This document shows, in pieces, positions 47,901 to 57,856 of a stretch of DNA of 64,000 nt. The notes below the pieces were generated by a model that searched no databases, had not been told where the DNA came from, and saw only the letters and a list, made by a program, of their open reading frames with translations. Location: positions 96,001 through 160,000 of the IMG/VR virus record IMGVR_UViG_3300026302_000005; one strand, written 5' to 3'. The translations under genes and the position numbers were made by a program. This DNA is from a virus. Its lineage: Duplodnaviria > Heunggongvirae > Uroviricota > Caudoviricetes. The first letter of the stretch is position 1; every line of letters begins with the position of its first letter.

Positions 47901-50900
47901 TCCGGAAGCTGAACGGCATCGGTGGTGTTAAAGATAAACGAAGCGTTGGTCAGACCACCGGCCTGGAACAGCATCGTTTGGGCACCAGAAATGGCCACGC
48001 CAATCTGGTTCACAGCAGGAGCATAAAGACCCGTGGTTGTGGCACCGGTGAAGTTGATGCTCGGGGTGGCAACCGCACCCAGTGGCATCGTCAGCGAGCC
48101 GGTCATCGTATCCCCGGCTTTTTCGACCCAGATATCACCGGCACCACCAGCCACGAGACCCAGGTTGGTCCGAGCAGTAGCGGCGTTGGCTACGTCAGAC
48201 AGGTTGTTGGCTGCGACCAGGAAGCCGGAGCCCGTGGTTCCGATTTGCTGCCATGCACCGTTTTCATATCCTTCAAAGCGGTTCAATGTGCTGTTGTAGC
48301 GGAACATACCGTTGACAGGGGTGGTTGGGCGTTGAACAGTAGTTCCACGCGGCATCGTGATGGCATCGGTTGAACCGATGATGACCGATGCGTTGGCCAG
48401 ACCGCCAGCCTGGAATGTAGCGACGGTTGTTCCGGTCGGAGACAGGGTGATTGTGGTTGTGTTGAACACTGCGGTGGAAACACCACCTGGGAGGACGTTT
48501 ACCGCAGTTGTGGTTCCCGTCAGGGTTCCAACACCGGCCACCGACAGCCCAATCGAGTTTGCCGCAGGGCGGTATACCCCGGTTGCAACATCAGCCAGGA
48601 AAGATACACCTGGGATCGCCGCAGTTCCGCTTGGAACACGAACTTGCCCGCCCTGTAGGGTCATGTGGTTGACGTTTGCACCAGCCGAAAACAGGTTGAA
48701 CTGTAGCGAACCTGTCGCTGTGGCCGTGGTGTTGTCGATGATGAGTTGGCGAATCTGTGCGTAATCGGTCGTGCCTGGAGTGGTGTTAATACCACGGAAT
48801 GCAATCCGACCGGTCTCGTGGTTACCAGCAGTTCCTGTCCGCTCCAAGCGTAGAACGCCAATTGCCTCGTCGGCATTGGTGGACAACAGTGCGTTTCCAG
48901 CACGAAGAGCTTCTCGTGGGCCACCACCGGTTCCAACCGATAGGCTAATCAGGTTTGCACCCGGACGATAGAAGCCGGTATCCAGATCGGTATCGAACGT
49001 CAGTGGTGGTAGTCCAGGCGTCGTTACAGACCCATCCAACAGAACACGAGCAGCCGTATCCATGGTGAGGTCACCAATCATGGTATCCCCGGCCTTTTCG
49101 ACCCAGATATCACCAGCACCACCGGCAACCAACCCAAGGTTGGTCCGGGCCGTGGCGACGTTGGCTACATCGGACAGGTTGTTGGCTGCGACCAAGAAGC
49201 CGGTTCCAACTGAGTCCAGAAGGACTGACCAGGAGCCGTTGATGTAGCCTTCCATACGGGCCAGGGTCGAGTTGTAGCGAAGCATCCCGTTGACGGGTGT
49301 CGTTGGGCGCTGGACCGTCGATCCGTTAGGAAGCTGAACAGCATCGGTGCTTGTGAAGATGGTGGATGCGTTTACTCCAGCCCCAAACTGGAAGCGAGCA
49401 GCTTCTGTTCCACCAGCAGATAGTCCGAGAATGTCGGCGGCGGGAGAGAACACACCGGTATTCGGATCGGTGATGAAAGACCAAGCCGGGAATGCTGCGG
49501 TTCCGATGGTTTCGACGCGGGCTACCCCACCGATAAGGGTCAACGCCGTGTTGTTTCCACCGTTGCGAACAACGTTGAAGTCCATCTGAGCGTCTTCGGT
49601 TGCAGCGACAGAATCAACCACTCGAACCGAAATGCGTCCATACAGGGTTCTGGTCAGTGTGCTGTTTGGGCCGTTGAAATCTACGGTGCCGAGTAGGGTT
49701 CCCAGAACCGGTGCGACAGTATCGGTGTATACCAGATCAACCTGGGGAGTAAGGGTGTTTGCACGTGTCACCTCAATACCAGTTGCCAAGAACCTAGCAG
49801 TTTCAACTCCACCAACGGTGGCGCTGATGGTGTTGGCTGCGGATCGATAGAAACCGGTATCCAGATCGTTGTCAAAAGTCAGAGCCGGGGCTGTCGGGAG
49901 AACTGCTGATCCATCCAGTTGAATCTGAGCAGCAGTATCCATGACCAGGTTGCCGGTCATCGTATCGCCAGCTTTTTCGACCCAGATATCGCCAGCACCA
50001 CCAGCCACGAGACCCAGGTTGGTCCGTGCCGTGGCGACGTTGGTCAGATCAGACAGGTTGTTGACTGCGAGCAATGCACCGGAGAATCCTGCCAATTGCG
50101 TAGCCAAGCTGTTGCGGTCGATCTTGCGGTTGTTCGTGCCGTTCCAGTAGATGAATTCATCGGTAGCGGCCAGGGTCAGGTCAGCGGTCAGACCGGTGAT
50201 GTTGATACCAATCGTGCTGTTACCAGCCACACCGTTACCGTTGGTGACCACGATACCTTCTTGACCAGCCACAGCACCAGTGATTGTGCGGAGTGCGAAG
50301 GTTGCATCACCGGTGCGGACCATGTATCCGGTGCCAACACCCAATGCATCGATTGCAGCCAATTCGGCCTGTTCCGATGCTGGGATATCAGCAGTGGTCA
50401 AGATGCTCAGGCTGGAGATCATGCTGGCGAAGGTTGCCTTGCGATCTGCGGTCGAAAGCACATCAAAGAACGGCAGAGTGTCGGTAGGATCGATAGTTCC
50501 GGTTGTCAGCGTGGTGGTGTTCAGACTGATGGTGCTACCAGCGATTCCGATACCAGGACCAGAGGTAACCAACGCTCCGAAGTTACCCTGTGTGACAAGT
50601 TGGAGATCGGCGATCAGACTGGTGAAGGTGCGAGCCCGGTGTGCCGTAGCAGTCGTGCTAAAGAACGGAACCGTGTCTGCTGCCACAACAGCGGTGGTCG
50701 TCAGCAAGCTAGGGATGTTCATCTGGAAGTCGGCACCAACCAACTGCACCCCGGTGGATGCGGTGTAGGCACCAGCCGACGAGAACTGAATCCACGGCAT
50801 CGGATCGGTTCCCAGCACATCGTTGCTGTCAAACGTCGTGGTGTATCCACCCACGGTTGGCACGAACCGTGCCCTCTTCGATGAAGGTGAAGGCCGAACC

Positions 50901-51329
50901 CAGTTTCGTGTTGGTATCAGCGTCCAATGCACGTGATGCAGCACCAGCCGCAACGATCACATAGATACCGTTCTGGGCTGGAGCAGTCTGACCCAGAAGG
51001 AGGATACGATCCCCAGTGACCATGGTAACACCGTCATGGACCGATCCGTTGGTCAGACCGGTAGCGATGTTTACGTTCACGCTGGATGAGGCCCGCACGG
51101 ACTCTTTCGGTGCCAGACCTTGAATCAGGGCATCGACATAGGACTTGGACGTTGCATCGTTGGGGTTCAGCGGAATGGCTGCAATCCGGACGTTGGCCGG
51201 AGTTGTTCCATCGGCGGCGAACATACGAAATACGGTCGCAGCGGTGTTCCAGTCTACGAAGCCACCGCGACGTCCATGTTGAACGGTTCCGCCGATGCCG
51301 ATTTGACCGAAGTTATAGATAGTTGCCAT
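44942..51329 (-). CDS. Very long repeat-containing fibre protein (about 2128 aa), split by a +1 frameshift at about 50850
   Basis: The N-terminal ORF 50829..51329 (DATSKSYVD...KESVRA...GDRILL..QT....NGIY..FIEEGT) continues naturally into GYTTTFDSNDVLGTD..WIQFS of the 2003-aa ORF. C-terminus resembles a peptidase-G2-like autocleavage domain (ALYADLAERY...ALAGRVP). Confidence 0.8.
47670..50075 (-). repeat. Four copies of the NNLSD..NV..ARTNLGLVAGGAGDIWVEKAGDTM module, with a fifth at about 56590-56705
   Basis: Near-identical DNA (TTTTC[GA]ACCCAGATATC...AC[CG]AGCCACGAGACCCAGGTTGGTCCG) at about 47675, 48115, 49090, 49970 and 56610; the 47675 copy is more diverged. Confidence 0.85.
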
Positions 51330-51341
51330 GCTTTTGTGTCC

Positions 51342-52040
51342 TTAGGTCGCTAGGTAGTTGACGGTAATGCCCGCTATGCCGAGGGTTCCCCCGTTGGCTG
51401 CTGGACCCGTGTTGAATACTGCCCGGATGAGCCCGGAGATCGGGGTAGTCAAAGTCAGATGTTGTTCGATGTAGATACCGACCCGCTTGATATCGATGCT
51501 GATCGCTGGCATCAGGTTGATCGGACCCAATGCTGTTTCAATCAGCATCGTGTCTACAATCGGATCATTGAATGCGGTGGGAATTTCTACCACGATGCTG
51601 GTGACGGAAAATCCAGGTGGGACGGTTCCGATGTTGTAAGTCGCAAGACCGGTGTCTGGTGGAGTATTGAAGTTGATGATCCGACGGACTGCCAGATCAC
51701 TCCCAGTGATGGTTCCGATGATCTGTCGAATGACGTCTTCACCACCGGTCTGATCCCAGATGCCGTTACCGGTGTAAACGAAGATCGCCGAATCACCAGG
51801 ATCGATGTTGAAGATTTGCGGACCACCCTGAACGTTCACCTGAACGATCACATCGTTGGTGCTTGCACTCTGGTTGTTGATGTGGAATTTCTTACCAACG
51901 TAGGAGTTCGGAAGAACGTGGATCGGGCTTCCACCGGTCTGCAACACCGTCATACCTTCGTAGTAGTTGACAAATGTGTTCGTCAACAGCAACCCCGAAG
52001 GGTTGGTCACTGTGGTCCACTTATGGTTGATGCTCTTCAT
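51342..52040 (-). CDS. Virion structural protein (jelly-roll-like C-terminal domain)
   Basis: Late motif near 52072; C-terminus resembles that of 54403..57439. Confidence 0.6.
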   Translation of the reverse strand: MKSINHKWTTVTNPSGLLLTNTFVNYYEGMTVLQTGGSPIHVLPNSYVGKKFHINNQSASTNDVIVQVNVQGGPQIFNIDPGDSAIFVYTGNGIWDQTGGEDVIRQIIGTITGSDLAVRRIINFNTPPDTGLATYNIGTVPPGFSVTSIVVEIPTAFNDPIVDTMLIETALGPINLMPAISIDIKRVGIYIEQHLTLTTPISGLIRAVFNTGPAANGGTLGIAGITVNYLAT

Positions 52041-52123
52041 TGATCACATACCGGCTTCATTTGGTTCATAGTATTTAGCAATCCGTGATGCCCGTGTTCC
52101 TATGACGGATGTAAGAAAAGCTC

Positions 52124-52154
52124 TTGACAGGTCTTCGGGTCCAGTCTATAAATA
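52124..52154 (+). promoter_or_regulatory. Composite sigma70 / T4-late promoter of the tmRNA gene
   Basis: TTGACA-17 bp-TATAAATA. Confidence 0.8.
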
Positions 52155-52157
52155 CGA

Positions 52158-52556
52158 CTGTGACCGTTTGAGTTAATCGGACACACGTTCTGGACCCGGG
52201 GGCAGTTCCCGGCAGGTCCACCACGAGCACATCGAGTTTGGACTGTTCGCCTTCGGGGTCAATGGAAAGACGCTCAGACGCTCACGTTGGTTAGACGCAT
52301 TCCCTTCGGCGGATGTGTGGTCGCGTGAGCTAGAAATCGATGTTCTCTTGATGGGCCTGACATAGGATCGACAGGCGTGGGAATGTGATGCGAGGGCACC
52401 GGGCGAAAGCGCCGTTACCGCAATAAAACACTAACTGCAAACGTCGCAAACGACAACTTTGCACCGATGGCAATGGCCGCTTGATCGCTTAGGCGATTCA
52501 GCTTCCAACCTGCCACTGGCTTGGGCTTTCCAGAGCCTCGAAACAGAATCTGGCCG
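52158..52556 (+). ncRNA. ssrA: Circularly permuted two-piece tmRNA
   Basis: The acceptor piece ends CCGGG-GGCAGTT-CCCGG-CAGGTCC-ACCA (52223). The coding piece starts GGGCCTG (52353), giving a 7-bp stem with G3:U70. Tag ORF ANVANDNFAPMAMAA* at 52437-52484. Outer ends are approximate. Confidence 0.93.
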
Positions 52557-52588
52557 GAACGGGCTCCTTCGGGGGCCCGTTTTGTTTG
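52557..52588 (+). terminator. Intrinsic terminator after tmRNA
   Basis: AACGGGCTCC-TTCG-GGGGCCCGTTTTGTTT. Confidence 0.85.
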
Positions 52589-52646
52589 GAAATATGATCG
52601 CTCATATTTTCGTATCCCTAAATAGTTTGAACTATGGAGATACGAG

Positions 52647-52958
52647 ATGGCCTACAGCTATGCAACACAAAGAAAAATCCGGATCATCGAGGAACGACTT
52701 GGTTCGGATTGGGCAGACCAACGCCCGGGTTTGAGCATCGACGCGATCTACAACCAGATCATCGGGGATGACCGCAAAAACCTGTTCTGCAAGATCAGTG
52801 GATCGGCCAAAGACAACCTCGACACGATGACCCAGTTCCACAAGACCGGGATGGCTGAGTTCATCGAAAGCCTTATCCACGCGGAATGGATGCGGTTCTC
52901 GGATCGGGCTCGGGAAGTCGAGCAAGTCATGTTGCGGGAATTCTCCGGTTCTTCTTGA
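52647..52958 (+). CDS. Hypothetical protein
   Basis: TAAATA and GGAG upstream, 103 aa. Confidence 0.6.
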   Translation: MAYSYATQRKIRIIEERLGSDWADQRPGLSIDAIYNQIIGDDRKNLFCKISGSAKDNLDTMTQFHKTGMAEFIESLIHAEWMRFSDRAREVEQVMLREFSGSS

Positions 52959-53010
52959 CAACCTGGTCCTAAAGGGGGTATCTTCTTCCATGTAAGAATG
53001 GAAGAGAATC

Positions 53011-54375
53011 ATGAAGACGTATATCCCCAATGGACCATGCCTGGTGGTCCTGGTCGGCCCCTCCGGTGGGGGCAAGTCCACGTTCACGCAGAAGTATTTT
53101 GAACCTCGTGAGGTTGTGTCTTCGGACGACCTCCGCGAATGGTTCACTGGCGACTTCCAGCGACAGGACAAGAATCAGGAAGTGTTTGAAGAGTTTCGTC
53201 GTCGCATCGAAGTCCCGTTGAAAGCTGGACAGCGAGTTGTGGCCGATGCCACGCACATTCGTGATAGCGAACGTCGGCAGACCGCCGAGATCGGATACAT
53301 GATGAATGTTCCGGTCTACTACGTGGTGATCAACCGCTCTGTTATCGGGAAGATGCAGACTGGTGGATGGTGTAACTCCGTTCGCATGAGCGGTGGCACG
53401 TCACTGATCGAATCGCACGAAGAAACCTTCATGGCCAATGAAGCCAAGATTCTGGCCGGTGACAATTGCAAGTGGGTTACGGTCATCGACACCCGTCGGG
53501 AAGACCTTGATCTGGTGGTGGCCAAAGCTCTGCCTCGTGATCCTCTGGAGGGACTTCGGTTCCTCTACAATCGGGGATTCCGGAAGATTCGAGTCATTCC
53601 GGATGTCCATGGCAATCTGGAAGGGTTGAAGTCGGTTCTGTCCACGGTGGACGATAAGACTTTCTGCCTGTTCCTGGGTGACATCGTTGACTACGGCACA
53701 GCTTCGTGGGAGTGCGTGGATATCGTCGAGCAGATGGTCTCGAACGGACTGGCCGTGATGGTTCGTGGTAACCATGATCGGAAGATCGCCCGGTATGTCC
53801 AGCAGACCATCAACGGCGGAGAATTCACCGGTCATATCGGGCTCGGAAACGATGTCACGATCAACCAGGTGAAAGCCATGCATCCGTCCTGGGCCATGAA
53901 AATCCAGACCCGGTTCCTGAGCCTCATGGAACAGACTCCGGATTGGATTGAACTCGGGGACTGGTTGTTCGTGCATGCCGCCGTAGATGCGAAGATGTTC
54001 GGTAACACTCTGTTCCGTGCCCATCGCAACTCCTATTTGGAAACCATGGCTCTCTACGGGGAAACTCAGGGAGACGAGGTAACCGAGAAGGGATACCCGG
54101 TTCGCACTTACGGCTGGATCGAGACGGTTCCGGATCGGAAGAATGCTGTTCTGGGTCATCAGATTCTGTCGGTGGTTGCCCCGGTCGAGAAGCGGACCCC
54201 CACGGGTGGTCGGCTGATCTTTCTGGATACCGGAAGCAGCAAGGAAGTGGATGATGTTTCCGGGTTCCTGTCCTATCTGGACATGGACATTGTGGACGAA
54301 TCCACCGGTCGGCGACAGGATGGGATTCTCCGGAAGCTCAGGCTGATCCCGCAAGATGCCTATGGGCGTGAATGA
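53011..54375 (+). CDS. Polynucleotide kinase-phosphatase (Pnkp kinase plus metallophosphoesterase, no ligase module)
   Basis: GPSGGGKST, SSDDLR, VADATH; PDVHG, LGDIVDYG, RGNHD, FVHA, LGH, LDTG. Confidence 0.92.
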   Translation: MKTYIPNGPCLVVLVGPSGGGKSTFTQKYFEPREVVSSDDLREWFTGDFQRQDKNQEVFEEFRRRIEVPLKAGQRVVADATHIRDSERRQTAEIGYMMNVPVYYVVINRSVIGKMQTGGWCNSVRMSGGTSLIESHEETFMANEAKILAGDNCKWVTVIDTRREDLDLVVAKALPRDPLEGLRFLYNRGFRKIRVIPDVHGNLEGLKSVLSTVDDKTFCLFLGDIVDYGTASWECVDIVEQMVSNGLAVMVRGNHDRKIARYVQQTINGGEFTGHIGLGNDVTINQVKAMHPSWAMKIQTRFLSLMEQTPDWIELGDWLFVHAAVDAKMFGNTLFRAHRNSYLETMALYGETQGDEVTEKGYPVRTYGWIETVPDRKNAVLGHQILSVVAPVEKRTPTGGRLIFLDTGSSKEVDDVSGFLSYLDMDIVDESTGRRQDGILRKLRLIPQDAYGRE

Positions 54376-54400
54376 AAAGGGGCCCCGAGGGGCCCCTTTT
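54375..54400. terminator. Bidirectional terminator
   Basis: AAAAGGGGCCCCGAGGGGCCCCTTTT. Confidence 0.85.
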
Positions 54401-54402
54401 GG

Positions 54403-57400
54403 TTAGATGGCAGAGTTGTTGTAGTATTCCACGATGATCCGTCCTGCTCCCACCGTGGGCACACCGGTGACGACCTGAATACGAAGGTTTTCTGCGGCAC
54501 CCGTGGTATTGCGGTAGTTGATGCTGGACTCGTAAGTTCCGACGACCTGGGCATCAATATCGACCTGATCCATGATATCACCACCGGTAACCATGTTGAC
54601 CTGGATGTTAGCGAGGTTGTCATAGGCAGTATCGATGTAGACCCGGACCCGAAGAATACGACCATTGTTCGGGATCGACCCGATGATCGTGTTGTTTACC
54701 AGGGCAAAAGACCCTTCAAGAACTTGGACTCCATTACCGGCGACGGCAAGCTGGCTGGCTAGAGCCGTGACCCCGATTTTACGGTTGTTCGTGCCGTTGA
54801 AATACGGGAACGTGTCTGTTCCAACCAAGGTAGCATCGGTGGTCAGACCGTTGATGTCCAATCCAACAGTTGGGTTACCAGCGACACCGTTGCCGTTGGT
54901 GATGACCACGCCTTCTTGACCAGCCGTGGCCGAGGCCGTGATGGTGCGGCTGGCATAGGTGTTGGCTGCGGTGCGTGTCAGAATGCCGTTGGCCGCAGCC
55001 GTAACGATGTTGAGGTCAGCCAGGATGTTGGTCCATGACCGGAATTCAGCCTGGTTGGCAGCGGCGGATCGGAAATACGGAACCGTATCGGCGAGTAGCA
55101 CGACGTTGGTGCCGACCATCAGGTTGTTGGTGAACGCGATGGTGGTTGGGCCCGTGCCGGTGATCGAAATACCACGACCGGCAGTCATGGACGCGGTGAA
55201 GTTTGCGACCGTAAGGATGCTCAGATCGCTGAGGATGTTTCCCCAAGACCGGAATTCCGGGGCGTTGGCGTTGGATGCATCGAAATAAGGAACGGTGTCA
55301 GCCGCCAGCACCGAACCGACGTCAGCCAAACCAGCACGGCTAAAGCTTACCGTGAGTGTATCAGTTGCAGCGACACCAGCAATGGTGATACCATCACCAG
55401 CAGTCAGGTTGAGGGTATCACCGGGGGTATCAGATACGATTGACGTATCACCGGTGGTGTTACCGGCTGTAGTGATGGTTCCGAATGAGTTCGATCCTGA
55501 AATGGATGCAGTAGTGATGAATTCAAATGTGTTGGATGTGTCATTCCACTGAATGATCTGGTTACCACCAGCATCGATAGCGGTCAACGTGGTCAGGGTG
55601 TTGGCGGCGTTTGCCACCAGGACGCTAAATGCCGGAATCGCGGTCAGACCGGTTCCGCCGTTCGCAACAGCAACCGTGCCAGTTCTGATGTTACGATCTG
55701 CGATGATGTTGGCAAACGATCTGAACTGAGGAGTTGTTCCACCCGAGAAGAACGGAACGGTGTCGGTCGCCAACGTCGCGGTGTCCACCATCAAGTTGTT
55801 GGTGAAGTTGATAGTTGAGCCGGTGATGCCAATACCACGACCAGCCGTTACAGCAGTCGCTAGGTTACCTGTCGTGATGATGCTGAGGTCAGCAATGATG
55901 TTGTTCCAGGTGCGGAATTCCGCCTGGTTACCGTTTGAGGCATCGAAGAATGGAACAGTATCAGTGCCCAGGACCGTAATTGTTCCAACCATCAGGTTGT
56001 TAGTGAAGCTGATGGTTGAACCGGTGATGTTGATACCACGACCAGCCGTGACCGCCGTCGAAAGGTTTGTTGTCGTGATGATGCTGAGATCGGTGAGGAT
56101 GCCACTCCAGGTCTGAGACGCTGGGGCAAAAGCGTTGGATGCATCAAAGAACGGAACGGTGTCGGTTCCAACAATTGAGGTAGTTGGTGTCAGGCCGTTG
56201 TTCGAGAAGGCGATGGTGGGTCCGGAAATGGTGATACCATCGCCCGCGACATAGTTGGTTCCCAGTGTGGACCATGAACCAGCCTGATACCCTTCGAACG
56301 TGCTGAGGGTGCTGTTGTAACGGATCATACCGTTGACTGGGGTCGCGGGACGAGCCGTTGTGATACCGGACGGAAGTTGCAGGGCATCGGAAGTGGCAAT
56401 AACGACTGATGCACCACCACCACCGGACGGACGAACCGTAACCGTATCTACGCCACTGTTGACCATGACCATGGTGCCGGAGCCGGAGCGACGGATACCC
56501 GTGGTTGGATCGGCGTCAAATTGAACGCCCGGGCTACCTACGGTGCCGTCAGCAAGACGAACCCGTGCAGTTCCGGTCATGACCAAGTTGCCGGTCATGG
56601 CATCGCCAGCCTTTTCGACCCAGATATCGCCAGCACCGCCAGCCACGAGACCCAGGTTGGTCCGGGCAGTAACAACGTTGGCTACGTCAGACAGGTTGTT
56701 GGCAACCTGGAGGAAGCCCGCAGCACTTACGCCGTCCAGAAGGTCTGCATCCAGACCGGAGCCTGCCCCATCGTTACCCTGGTGCCAGATTTGGAAGGTT
56801 GTGCCGATGATCCCGATTTCCCACCGGTCAAGAACTTCGTTCCAGATCAGAGTGGCATCGGTGAGCGATCCACGATCAACAACTAGACCAGCAGAACCAA
56901 GCGTGACACCGGCACCAACTTCGCCGTTGTTCAGGGTGATCGTGTTGTCGGTGATGGCCAGGTTGGCGGAGTTGATCGTCGAGGTGGTTCCGTTGACGTT
57001 CAGGTTACCCTGAATAGTCACGTCACTGGTGAACACGGCATCCTGACCACCATCGATGGTTAGGGCGGTAACACCGTTGGTGGCAAAACCAATCGTGTTG
57101 GCGGCGGCACGATAAAAGCCGGTATCGAGATCGCTGGTGAATGTGATAGATGGTGCCGCAGCCGAGCCGTTGGCAAATGTGCCTACGCCGGTGACGGTCA
57201 GGTTGGTAACCGTGAGGTTGCCGGTGTTAGCAACCAGTGATACCCAGTTGGTGCCGTTGTAGATATACGGCTCACCCAAACCACCTTGACGGAGATAGAA
57301 GTCACCGACACGAAGAATGTCGATGGGGGGTTGGTGGGGTTACTGTGGGGTCGGCTGTCCCCTGGTAAATCGTCGCACCCCGTAGCTGGATACGAAATTG

Positions 57401-57439
57401 TGCCTCGGTGGTTCCGCGAAGGTTACTAAAGGTTGTCAT
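54403..57439 (-). CDS. Fibre protein (about 1011 aa), split by a +1 frameshift at a G6/C6 run (57325-57330)
   Basis: The ATG at 57439 gives MTTFSNLRGTTEAQFRIQLRGATIYQGTADPTVTPPTP. Removing one C continues as IDILRVGDFYLRQGGLGEPYIYNG into the 958-aa ORF. Confidence 0.75.
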
Positions 57440-57442
57440 GAT

Positions 57443-57856
57443 TTATCCAGTTACAAGAGACGGCTTCTTCCTATTTACCAGATCAATACGACGTTTCTTG
57501 ACCCGCTTCAAATAGTGATCGGTGATCGAATAGACGGGCCCGATGGGATCGATCTCCAAACCCTTTCGCGGAATGACAGATAGTGATTCGTTGAACCGGT
57601 CGAACTGTCGGCCAATATAGCAGTCGATGGGAAGAGACATGCCAGACTCCCACCACCACCGGTCTGCATGTTCCATGAACACCACCTTGTCACGATCCTC
57701 GATCTTTGCGAGATCGTAGAACGAGATGAACCTGGCATTGCCGTTTTGCACGACGCCGCACCGCCACTCGTTGGTGTCCTTCATAATCATGAACGTCAAA
57801 AACTCGTGTTGCGCACGAGTTTTCTCAATCAAATCCAGCAAATCATCTTGTATCAA
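57443..57856 (-). CDS. Conserved hypothetical protein
   Basis: FLTF...GVVQN...ISFYD...WWWESG...PI...GPVYS...KRVKKR motif. Confidence 0.75.
   Translation of the reverse strand: MIQDDLLDLIEKTRAQHEFLTFMIMKDTNEWRCGVVQNGNARFISFYDLAKIEDRDKVVFMEHADRWWWESGMSLPIDCYIGRQFDRFNESLSVIPRKGLEIDPIGPVYSITDHYLKRVKKRRIDLVNRKKPSLVTG

Noticed and set aside
47670-50075. Repeats considered as a CRISPR array or DGR template/variable repeat
   Set aside because: The repeats are in-frame coding modules with long irregular spacing. No cas or reverse transcriptase gene is in the window and no adenine-specific mismatch pattern was evident.
50870-50953. Annotated N-terminus MRLVLHH... of the 2003-aa ORF as another MRL leader
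   Set aside because: It is an out-of-frame reading of the upstream fibre N-terminal ORF, with a non-ATG start and no terminal Glu.
52191-52223. tRNA-like T-arm plus CCA
   Set aside because: There is no anticodon arm upstream. It is explained as the acceptor piece of the permuted tmRNA.
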